Assembly (NCBI GenBank): GCA_000934665.2
Contig: KZ538506.1
Span: 1-64,000, forward strand
From: Catajapyx aquilonaris
Lineage: Eukaryota
Length of the DNA stretch: 64,000 bases
Reading direction: 5' to 3'
A model generated the notes under the pieces. It did no database searches and was not told the DNA's origin. It saw nothing but the letters and a program-made list of their open reading frames with translations. Below, piece after piece: positions 52,201 to 64,000 of this stretch. The first letter of the stretch is position 1; every line of letters starts with the position of its first letter. A program made the position numbers and the translations under genes.

Positions 52201-55200
52201 CGTGGGCCAGTTAGGTTCATCGGCATTTCGCTAAAGGAAGAGTTATGTCCGTCCCATTTTCTGCGAACAACGGGTATCTCAAAATAAACCTTCGCCTAAA
52301 CTCGATTCCTTTGGTTGGGCGCCAGCATCATCTTCCTCATCTCCAAAGGCGTTAAGATGTGGCAGATAGGAATTTCACTGACTCAATTACCTTATTAGAT
52401 CCCGTGGATTGGCAATCGCGGCATAGTCTTCAATCAGGACGAGATGGATGCTATGATGCTGACGCCACAACTGGTTTCCTAGGTTCCCGACTATTTTTTT
52501 ATATATAATATCCTATAGTTCATTTCGATTTCCCGAAGGCTGATAATAATTTTATTAACACTGTACTTTCACTAGCATTAATTATGGTATACAGTGTTAA
52601 TTACTTTCGTTACCAATATCGTAGAGTGTTGATGTGGTGCGAAATTGTAATTTCTATGCACAGCAATGTCTATATATCATCGCTTGAAACTAAACTTGTA
52701 AACACGTAGTTCACTGTCATTGACGGCAAAATACATAAGTCAACATACTGTACTGTCAGGCATACTAAAATTGCAGCAGGTTCTATTTTAACGTATGGCA
52801 ACCAATAAAATTCTAGACGTGAATTCGCTAAATGAAAAATTATTTAAAAAGTAAATGGAAAATATTACCAAAAAAAAAAGAGGCGCTGATCGAACTCCCT
52901 TATTTTCTCAGATTACCTATCGATTGAAAATCTGATCACAGCCGTACCTTCGACATAATTTCATGCCTCTACGCTTCCTGTTAACGTGGTTGTTACTTTA
53001 TAAACACTGTCGATCACTGTCAGAATGATTAGCTGCAGGGAATTAGAAGTCTGATGCAACATCAGTCTCCGTGGCTGCAGGAATACTGTAAATGGAATTA
53101 GGTCCCGCCTTTTGAATGCAAGTCAAGGCGCGGATCCGAATTAATGCTTGAACGTATTTTTATGCCTGCTCTTGATGCGGGGCTTACAGTAATGGATTAA
53201 GCTAGCTCTCATGCATGTTAAAGGGAATGTATTCTGAGGGATATGACAGATGACTCTGATGCATGACGTAACATCTCCACTCCATTTTAGGCGTCGAATA
53301 TATCCTGTCCGAGATTATACGCATATCTGTCATACCTAGTACAGTACATGATTAGACCAGAGTCATGCTTAGGCTATAACTGTTTTGGGCTTAGAATGTT
53401 TTTGATCGTTTATAATACTGCACGTGTTTGTTACTAATTATTGGGAAATGCGCTTGACCTATATTAGTTAATTAATCTTCGCTGATTACTTTTTGTTGCA
53501 GTTTGCCAGAGAACAATAATTAATTCCAACAGGCCTATCTTGGTGAGCAACAAGTTTCACACATCCATTCTTCAAAAGCAATCTGTTCCCTCCAGAAACT
53601 GCTGTGTCCGAATGTTCCTCAAGTACGTAAAAAAGGACCAAAAAAACATGAAAAATGATGTGTAAAAGATAAATATTGAGTTTTCGTGACACCGACATTT
53701 TATCACTTCTTGTGGTGAATCTACACTCTGCTGCGTGTTTCTGACAACAGACACAAACCGATCAAAATAGAGGTCGACCCGACCTATGCCAACATTTCAG
53801 CAATAGAACGTATCAAACAGGAAACACCAAAAATTCACCGTCACCATGACACTCCCCAGTCAGTGGAGGCTGTTAAATACCACATCAAAGAAAAGAGTAA
53901 TTAACAAACAGCTCATACTGCGCGTTGCTTGAAATAGCAGAGGATAATTGGAAATGCGTCAAGTTTACAGCCTTGAGCAAACACTTCCCTCAGCGCTAAA
54001 GAAATTAACCTTGGCTATACCCCCCGACCTACGACAATATCGCGTAATTAAAACTGGCTGCAGCACAATTTCACCTGCATTCCAATCAACCTTCAAAATC
54101 TCTTCTGCCGCCCTTTTACGCGCTAACGGGAAAAGAAAATTGTAAGTCTGAGAACAAAAGCCACACATTTCACAAATTCATACCAAGGAATCTGTATAAG
54201 ATTCGTGTATTTTGGCCGACGGAAAAATACTGCCGACATACAACCTCAAACAATGACTTTTAAAACACCATACAGAAATGCTTGTGCGTGGTACTAATTA
54301 CAGTGAAAACGCAAAAATGCCACAAAATATTTCTAGAGTCATCTCATTACTCAACAAGCCATTAGTGCCAAATAACGGCTTCAGGTTTCACAAAACTGGC
54401 GGCTTTTACAAGTATAGGTTTCGAACCGTCCAACCACCAATTACAGTGTCTCAATTTCCCCATCACCTCCAAAAATTGGGTCAAGCATACCTCCTATCAT
54501 GCGTACTGATCCATATTCATAAAATCCCAAAGCCTAGAGCCATAATTATCCCCTTAGAATAGGAAGCAGTGACACTCCCTGGTGCAACCTACCCTCCACT
54601 GAACAATCCGCGACAACGAAAATCAATCTAGCATTACAACAGCTCCGCAGCACAAGCAACTCAGACATCCTGGTAATAGTCCATTTCATTTCCGTGTCAT
54701 CTAGCACATGCCACATAGCACCTTTTCTTATCTAAAATTGTCATTGGTGTTCTCCCGAAATGCTTCCAACTGAGACCAGTTTTAGCAAGGATTTCCCCAC
54801 TTTGAGCTTCAAATTCTGCCATTTGTGTGGATGCGGTTAGGCCAGTAAAAAAACTTACAGTTTCTCGGTAAACAATACGCTTGACCGACTAAATGCGCCA
54901 CATCAAAACGCGTCGGTGGCCGTGGTGCATTGTATAAGGTTTCCCTGGTGCGGTTTGGGGGTACTGTTGCGTGTATACCAGACCCAAATTAATTCGCATC
55001 AGGATTATACACATTTGAGTTGTTCTTCCTATAGCATACATTTTACCAACAACTGCCCGTTGAACACGTTCAACTTATACATCAAAGTGTACTGTACTAC
55101 GTTGTTACAAAAGTTACACTGTACAGCATAATGTAATTAGGAATATCGGAAGCCTTCGGCAGGAATACCCTAACACGCCAAAAAAAAAAGTATAGATGCT

Positions 55201-58200
55201 ATTAGGTGAGGGACGTTTAAAGCGCATATGCTGCATGGTAATCTTATGACTGGCATAAATGTCCTCTCGCCATTGTGCCACAGAGTTAGAGTCCATATAA
55301 TTTCTTGATTGCCTTGCGCAATCACCCAGGGATGGTTGGTGAACTGGGGAGGGGAAAACCTTCTTTTTAATCTCATGGACCCCTTGAAAATTACTGGGTG
55401 CCCAGAAAGAAGCTAGAATGTGCAGGGTGTTCCACAAACCAAATTGCTGAAGTTCATTTAAGCCATTTGGGCTCAACGATAGGAATAAACGCACATTAAT
55501 TTTTTGCTATCCTCCCCCGCACTTTATCATGACATTTAGACGTGACCCTGACAAAGGGCAAATGATAAAAAAAGGCATATCAATTCCCTCACTAAGCAGT
55601 TAAAAATCCGAATTTGAATATGTATTGCACTAAGTCTGGGGTATGAAATACGCAATTCGTCTTCTATATAAAGAGCCCCCTTTTTCCTAAGAATCGGTCA
55701 AAGGGCAGAAGAAGAAGCAAAAAAAAAAAAAGCGGATACACAAGTAAAGCCACTCAGACTACTACTTCCTCACAGCCTATACCCCCATCCGATTTGCTTG
55801 TAAATCTACAAGTTCCCTGAGGCCTACGTTGCTCTACGAGTCTACGGTTCTTCCATCTCGCAATAAGGAGATGGACCATTTCCCTCGAGGCTTTTTTTTC
55901 TCCCCCCGCCATGTTTTGCCCCACTTCCCAGCATGCACCTCGTTTTCCGAACGCTCAAGACGGATCAAAAGAAGGACTTGTGATCGGGTTTTCTTCGACT
56001 CGAATCGACGTCCTCCTTGCAGAACGGGACATGGGTCATTTCGACGGATTGATTTTAAGACGAGATTAACGTTGGTCCTTTGACATGTGCAAACTGTGCA
56101 GCGTATTTGGACATTTCGTTCTCCCCAGGAGGCTTCAGCTTCAATTTAGGACAAGCGTACCAAGGAGATGACTCTAAAAGCTTTCTTTCGGCATGTCGGA
56201 GCGAATGCGCCGAATTTTATAGCATTTAAAGCAGGTCGGAAGTTTAAGCCCGGTTTTTAGCTAGCATATAGGTTGTGTATGTTTTGCACAAAATGCGTAG
56301 CGGAAACTCAACTAACAACTTCATTACACACTATAGGTGCACAAAGGCATTCTGCAATTACTTGAGGCGGTCCTTGTGTGTGCGAGCATGCAACGTAAAA
56401 TGAATAAATTCAACTTCAGTATATTCAGTACTCCCTACAGCCGCTTATACGCAAGATACAGAAAAACCACCTTCGCATTCGTGAGAGTAGGAAATTAAAG
56501 CAAAGCGCAATATTATATTACACCAACACACACATATACACAACACATGCAGATGGGGAAGTGCAGAATAAACCCAGCAGGCATATACATGTACTGTACA
56601 TTCTAATTTTCCTCAGAAAGCCTATATGTATTTGTACTATGAATTTCAGTTCTGGGAATGAAGTCACTCGCTTTTGTAAACCGCCACCACATAAAAATTT
56701 CAAGTATTTCATATTATTCTCCTACGCATTATAATTACACACACATATATATAGTGTTTATCCCACCCATGCAGAGCTTCCAAAATTTCATTAGGCCCCT
56801 ATACAGCTTTCTATTCCGACGAATGAATAATTTAGATAGGACATACGTACTGCATCTCTCGAGTACCATGTTACATCTCACAGAAACACTTCTAAATCTA
56901 ATCTCTGAAACCTTTACATTCAACAAGACAGAGCTTAAGTTAAAAAGTCTCCCAAGTGCAAAATCTTCTCACGCAGTTAGGGTATCGCCTTTAATGCAAG
57001 GCATCAACTTTATGAAAATGGGGAGCTATCGAGCTATCGTTTCTCCAGCGCAATATCCACTGGAAACCCAGCACACGCCAGCCTACAGTTCCTAGACAAA
57101 CCTTTTTCCTGCCACATGTAAATGATGGTTAACAAAGTCGAAAAACGGGTGGGATACATGCACAACTATAGGACACGTGGGACCTTACAGTTTTGCTTTG
57201 TCAGCAATTTTCAACAAAAAATCCACGTCAAATTGTTCGTCCCAGCTACAAGCATATCTGGATCCCAATAGAAAGTTGTGCACCCAACAAATTTTGAGCT
57301 TGCCACTCTATAAGAGGAGCAAATGGCCTTCGAAAAAAAAAAACAACGTGCCACTACTCCGACTGGCAGGGTGAAAAAACGAGCAAGTCCGGAAGCAATA
57401 ATTTTCATCCTCAGCATCTCAGCCCAGCACTTAAGAAAAATCGGTCCTCGAAGCATCAAGACATATCGAGCCAGTCAAAACCCGCTCGCACCACCCATAA
57501 AAAATGGTCCGTCCAGCAGAAAACGGGCCACAATTTTTCCCAATTCCAATATCGCTGAAGAAGCTAAAGCGAAGGCCGACGAGTGGCATGATCAGTACAT
57601 TGTGCAGTTTCCACCACGACATTCCAGATAAAGAGGGGCAAGATCCATGACATAAGGGGGGGATAAGCGGGCTGTGTTCGGGCGAAGGCCAACTGGGGGG
57701 CGGGGTGGCGGGGCGAAGCCCCACCGCCGAACATAGCGAGTCTGTCGTCCGCGAAATCCGCGAAAAGGAACAACACTCTCGTAAAAGTAGCAAGATGATA
57801 TCTGCTGGCTCCAGCAGTAAAACTTGCATGAATCTCTTCTCTGTTTGGGCGTCTGCGGCCAGAGTCGAAAGTTTCAGAATTTATGGGGCGTCGTGTCTCT
57901 CCCCGCCACCCAGCCTCCTCTGNAAGCCTTCCTCAGAAAGTCTAATGGCCTCCTCCCAAAGTCGGCTACAAACTTGGCACCTTGTTTCCCCCACATCCAA
58001 CGCAATCCATCACCCAGCCAAAATGGGTAGCCTTACACCGATTACAAGCCGGACGCCTCCAAACCCTAATCCTAATCCCAATTAACGCCGTGTCCTTCGC
58101 GGCTCATTACACAAATTAGGTTCCATCCTTCCCGATCCACTTGGTCGCAGCTAGTTTTTGTAACTATGGGAGCCAAGCCAGAAATTAAGAGGCGGTGGTG

Positions 58201-59857
58201 TATAACTCATTTCTAAGCGCCAAGTTAGTGGACAGAGGACAAGTGAGCTCTGGTTGACCTTGACCTAAAGTTCATCGAACAGTCTTTACTAATTTAAAAA
58301 AAATGTCAATTTATAATCACATACTGCAACCACTGACATCAAAGGGTCACAAAAAAGTGGTCCATTTTGCTCAACTACTGAAGTGCGCACATTATCCGGC
58401 TATACCCAAAGGTGGGCAACTAATTGACTCCAGGGGTCGTCATTGAAAATCGGATCTAGCCAATTCCACGCTGTAAATGGGATCGGAACAAGTTTTATTC
58501 AGGGCTTGAAAAAAATAGATCCGAGTGTGCCGATCCCATTCCCATTAGTTTCAAAAAAAAATATATAGAGGACACGCCTCTGATCGGCTCCTTTTGGGTT
58601 GATCGACCATTTTTTAAAAAAAATGGATCAAAGGGGGCGAAAAAAGACGGGCGAGATGATCATTCTCTTGCAGGCAGGGTTGCAAATGCCCCGGGGCAGC
58701 ATCCTGGCAAGATCCCCAACGACCCAGCCCAATACCTACCAGCCATAAATCCAGTCCTATACCAACGACCTACCATGCAGAGGCTGTGTTGCAATCGACG
58801 TTCTGAAAGGTCATACCGGAGTGCACTCGAGGGTGTTGATGACAGCTGATGCCCAGTAGGTGGGTCTGCATGCGTTCCCACAGGTTGAGCCAAATTTTAG
58901 TGCAAAAAAAAACAAAAAAAAAACAGGGTGTACCACGAAGAAGTCCGCATTATCAGCAAAAAACCCGCCAACATTCCGCCATTACAGAGCCACTGAGCGG
59001 ATTCAACAATCGAATAAGCTGTACTTGAAATCCCCCTCGATGCGCCACTTAGCTTCAGCATGGGAATAATTAGAGATAACTGCGGCATGTATGAAAATTA
59101 GCATTACATAATGCCCCTCCTGACCAGACTGATGGTCCAGAATCATCTCCACACTCACGCTCCAGAACTCACACCCTGAAGGCCCTTAATATCCCGAAAC
59201 ACTGTACATGAATATCGACCGGAAAAAATCAGAACACTGGATGCCTATATACCTTGGGAAAAAAAAGAACGAAACAATCAAGGTAGCTGCTAAACATGCT
59301 CCAGGGGCTTGGTGTCTCCAATCCAATAAAACAGGGAAGTTCCCTCGTGTTTTCCGCCAAGGATTTAAGACTTATAACGTCCCCTCCCCCGCTCTCTTTG
59401 GTCACAAAGGAAATGGAAACGGGCCCTGAAGTTGCGCATCTAGAAAATTTGACGCGAATTCACCCTATCCCTCCCAGCCTCACCCTATTGAGGACCTGTA
59501 CTCTTTTAATATCTCAGCCACTTTCTCCTCTTCAAAGGCAGGTCATTACTAAACTACCCCGCAGCATCTTTCATCTCTGTTCTTCCTCCTCCTTCCTCTT
59601 CCTTTACTCCGCTTCCTATATTTTCTATAGATAGCTCGGCAATTACTTGAAAATTTATCGTCTTCCGAGTCTTAAATGATGAAAAGGAAAGGTGCAGCAT
59701 CCCAACAGATTTCGCATTAAGTGCTGCAGTCGTGAAAGCATTGCTTAGAACCTTAGATAAACATCTCCCAAGAACCATTCCTGGCAAATTTGGTACAGTA
59801 CCACACTCGTAAGTATACTGCACTGTACAGTGTTGGACATTAATCGCGTCATACTAC

Positions 59858-60010
59858 GAAGTGATAGAGTGTGAGCCGTGCGAGTAAGAAGATGTAGGCC
59901 TTGAGTGACGTCACCGGCAGTGGGGCAATGGAGAAAAGGCTTGTCCCCAGCCAGTGACGTCACCGAAGGGCTACCATTTCTTACTCGCACGGCTCGCACT
60001 CTATCACTTC
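59858..60010. mobile_element. MITE with ~33-bp TIRs and two internal GTGACGTCAC palindromes
   Basis: gaagtgatagagtgtgagccgtgcgagtaagaa / ttcttactcgcacggctcgcactctatcacttc. Confidence 0.8.
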
Positions 60011-60921
60011 CATTTGCACTTCTGCCGCATCAGAAAATGTCGCAAGCAGTATGACGGGATTAATGTCCAAACACTGTACAACCTATAGCACTGGGCATTA
60101 CGCATGAGGTGAGATCTACACTTTTCAGATAACTTTTAGTTACACGCGGAGCAGACGCCTGAAGCTCTAAGTAATTAATATGCAACTGAAAAGCCCTTAG
60201 TAATTTCTCAGCACTCACGCATTTGCGTACAGAAACTCCCACTTGTTAGCTAACCATGAAACGGACCAGGTTGTTTTCTAATAAGAAGTTGTTAGAACTC
60301 TTGTAATGCCTACGGTTGGTGTAATTACCTGACGCTCCGTACTGTAGATATTTGAGAAACTGGCCAGATGCCTGGAATGCACGCAGGCGGCGAATCAACA
60401 CTGCTGAAATGCTGTTATTATAAGAGCCCCCCCCCCCCCTCTAGCCTCCCCATTCCTTTCCTTACCCACCACGTCCACCCTCCAGAACAGAATCCCCAAT
60501 TTCCTTGGAAATTTCCGCGCCTCCGCACCCGCAAAATTCATTCTGAACTGTCATGGATCCTTGAGAAGCGCAAGAAGCTTTTGAGCTCCCAAGGAATTCA
60601 CATCCACCCCTTCAGCAATTGGTCCCGCTCATTTGTTTCCCAAGAATTTTAATTAAACCATACCAGATTATAGGGACTTGGCTTCAAGTGACTTCAGTGC
60701 GGTGATTGGATAGATCCGAGATCATCCACGGCGATTAGGCGACGAATAAATGTTTCAACTAGTTACATAGTCAACTGGCATATACTTTATCTTCCTATCA
60801 TAAATGTCAAGCAGTTTGAAATGCCCCAGATAGCAACACCGACAGTTGTCGATCTCCAACCCAACAAAGAGTGGACAGCGTCAAACTCTCCCATAGCTTC
60901 AGCACGCACGACCTGTCCTCC

Positions 60922-61278
60922 GTCCATGATGTCAACTTCGTTACGAAGCAAATGACACTTCTCTAAACTTCCGCTTTAATTGGGATGTCTCAACCTGACT
61001 CGATTATAAGGTGACAGTAATTCATTCCTGTTTACCACATCGCCTGTTCTGAATCGCGGACGTGGAGCGTGCCATGTTTTCGCCTCGCTTTTCAAACGGN
61101 GTCCATGATGTCAACTTCGTTACGAAGCAAATGACACTTCTCTAAACTTCCGCTTTAATTGGGATGTCTCAACCTGACTCGATTATAAGGTGACAGTAAT
61201 TCATTCCTGTTTACCACATCGCCTGTTCTGAATCGCGGACGTGGAGCGTGCCATGTTTTCGCCTCGCTTTTCAAACGG
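60922..61278. repeat. Exact 178-bp direct duplication separated by a single N (probable scaffolding artefact)
   Basis: 60922-61099 appears identical to 61101-61278, with n at 61100. Confidence 0.9.
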
Positions 61279-64000
61279 GAACAAAACCACACGCTTCTAT
61301 AAAACCCTACGCTTCAGATATTACGTGTTAGGTTTGAAGGACCATCAAGCAGGAAACTCAGGTCAAGCATCAAATATGACGTCAACCTATATAGTGTCGT
61401 ATGCTGTGCTAGAGTGGAATTGTGATCAAATGTCAGTGGAAAAACATGGGTTCGTCCAGGGTGATTAATTTCACTTATACAACTGCGGCTTAGAAACTTG
61501 TTTGGGCTTTATTGTCAAATTTCGTCTCGAAAAGTTTTCGCGCATTTGTCACACCTACAGTGAGACACCTTCTCCGGAGACAAACGACTTTCCTCTTTCC
61601 ATGTAAGCTTAAGCCTGGGCATATAGAAAATGTACGCTGCGTACGTCCTCATATTGTACGCCTATTGGCAAAAGACCTATTCAAGAACCATTATCTGAAA
61701 CAGGCATCTCGAGCTGTATTATTGAGGAACTTGGAACAAGCAGACAAGTCCCCCGTCTCTTTTTCAAACGACGTCTTTGATCGCAGCAGTGCTACTTTAC
61801 CCCCTTGCTCTTGCATCTTCAAAGAAGCCTAATTTGATACTTCCTGCAGAGAGGAATAAATGGAATCGATCTAACCACAGTTGGTTAGCTGACGAGAGTG
61901 AAGGGAATTTTGCTGAATTAGAATTTAAGAGAAGCCAACCGTGGTATATCCTGAGTTAAATCAAATACCTCCTCGGCAGTATTGTACATTCTGCGATTTC
62001 AATATGACCTTACATCCGAAAGTTGCTACAACTTGAGCCGGATATATCTCACTGAATGCAAGAGTCGCCATCTTGTTAATTGAGAAGTTGGAGAATTCAG
62101 CATCTAGCTTTTGCAGCCTCTGATGAGTCACTCAAGCATTACCGATTCCAAACCATTCATAATATACTGTAATGATTACCTACATAGTATTGCAAAGATA
62201 ACGAGATCGCATATGAAAAGGTAAATGTGCCCAACTTTGAAATACAATATACCTATAATTAAGATGGGTCTAATCTAGATAGCACAGAACATCCCTGATG
62301 TCCTGTTGCTCCATCCTTTTAATGAGCCGCTAAAAGCTTACGCAGGTAATCAATGTTTATATATGACACCTAACGGCAATTCGTATTAATGGCCTGTTGT
62401 AAAGGTGGCAAAAACGGGACATCAGATAATATTAATCTGCCATGTAACTCATTTTAAATTACCGATTGCGTTCCCGGGAATAACTGAGAATTCACGCCTT
62501 TGTTATGCAACATAACACAGCCACGCCAATATCAGCCTCCATTTGCATGGTGTACTTTGCTTAACGAACAATTTAATGATTGTTATAAAGTCTCGTGCCA
62601 TCTTACAATCTAAACCACGACCTCAGTGACGTGCTTGAAATGCAACGGCTGTGTAGCGTTACTGTACAGTACAATATACAAGTTATCAGTTTGGCTTAGG
62701 CACAGTCCCGGGCTCCCGGCATTAGCAAAAGGGCGCTAACACGTGGCGACCTTTAGTATGAGGACCCTCGGGACAATTAATAATGGCGCAGTCTAGAGCC
62801 GGGAACTTGAAAATTAGTGGAAACGTGCCCTGTTTCGCTGATCGCCGCCAGCAAGCGTATCACTTTGCTATAACCTATACTTTTACTTAAAAGCGTCATT
62901 CTCTGTCGTTATAGTCATAATGGTAACACTCCGGCATCTATGTCATGGCAACCTCAGGGTCATCGCAAGCCACTTTCATGGAAATGCCACCGAAGCTACA
63001 AGACAAAGGACAACTGACTCGCAGTTTATCTACTTTGTAATGCAGAACACACTGCAGGGTAAGCACAATCTGCGGTGGTTCTTCGTCATTATTAAAACAT
63101 GGTGCACCAGACCTTCACACAGCAGACACACGCATCGCGATGATTTAATCCACAGCATGCTTCCACGGTGCTTGGCCCAGCCCATTCTGCTATTCATATA
63201 GCTGACTAATCACGACCTCATTAAAATATTAAACCTGCCTTACCTAATCTCCAGAAAAAATATTGACCCCCGTTAATTGAAAGGTTGCGGTCTCGTTATT
63301 CTCCTGACAAGGGCATAATTCGACTACCCCGATTTGCTACAAGCTCAGCTGAATTGAATCAATTGCAGGCTCTCTTTTTATATGCGGAATGAGCAGGAGC
63401 TCGTCTTCAGTGTTTCCCATGAGAATTTCAGCATCAGGGATGCACATTCAGCTCCTTTATTGGACCGCCTAAGGGGGCTGCCTGGATCATTACGTAACGT
63501 CCTTAAAGGTGTACGGTACGTTACATCACGTTACGTAATATGTCTAAAACACTTACGATGGAAAAGGTAAAATAAATCACAAGCAGTTCATGGACAGCTA
63601 TTAGACTGGTCCAGGTTTGAAACCAGGCTTCGGCGTGACTCTCGGAAACGAGTCGGGACTAAATTGATTTAAATCGGAATGAATGTCAGGGCTCATCAGG
63701 TCACGACCAGAGGGCCTGGGATGATTCCCCCCGTTTCGAGGGTCTCCCTGATTCCGGATCCATGTAAATACACTCGCTCAGGGACTCAAGCCCGGGTTAC
63801 TAGGGCTGTTCCGGGGGAGAGACTCCCGAAAAAAAAAGAAAAAAAAAAGTGGGGGAGAGAGCTGCATAAAAATAGAGTAATTTGCATTTCGGTTCTGCAG
63901 CGGAAATGTATTGAGCTGAAAAAGCTGTGTAACCCTGGCTACTTGGAACCAGCACTAGGGGTAAAAAGGTTGCGACCATATACCCGGTAAGAGATTGCAG

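Noticed and set aside
58060..58082. Telomere-like ccctaatcctaatccc
   Set aside because: Only about three imperfect units, common in repeat remnants.
58468..58540. Short inverted repeat aatgggatcggaaca / tgtgccgatcccatt
   Set aside because: Short, with no definable element ends; probably a decayed TE.
60922..61278. Exact 178-bp tandem duplication
   Set aside because: Identical copies split by a single N are typical of overlapping contig ends in scaffolding.

Overview
Eukaryotic genomic DNA from a draft assembly with N gaps, very probably an invertebrate and most likely an arthropod (inferred from the cyclin C, UVRAG and IWS1 sequences). I traced exons by hand using GT-AG boundaries and reading-frame phase. 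Nine protein-coding genes lie in strictly alternating orientation: MPDU1(-), cyclin C(+), dyskerin DKC1(-), a 16-exon CatSper-delta-like sperm channel auxiliary subunit(+), IWS1(-), UVRAG(+), UBAC2(-), an uncharacterised BC-box/LRR protein(+), and the 3' end of PSMD1/Rpn2(-). The centre (about 18.3-45 kb) is compact, with many 55-130 nt introns. The flanks are large introns of MPDU1 and PSMD1 containing MITEs, mariner remnants and SINE-like pieces. The most notable finding is an apparently intact ~927-aa CatSper-delta-like gene, fragmented in the ORF track, between two housekeeping genes. Others are a probable intronic-polyadenylation versus alternative-last-exon switch in cyclin C, a 12 x 10-aa SP-rich repeat in IWS1, and a candidate Cullin-2 substrate receptor. 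Family assignments rest on remembered motifs; no database searches were run.
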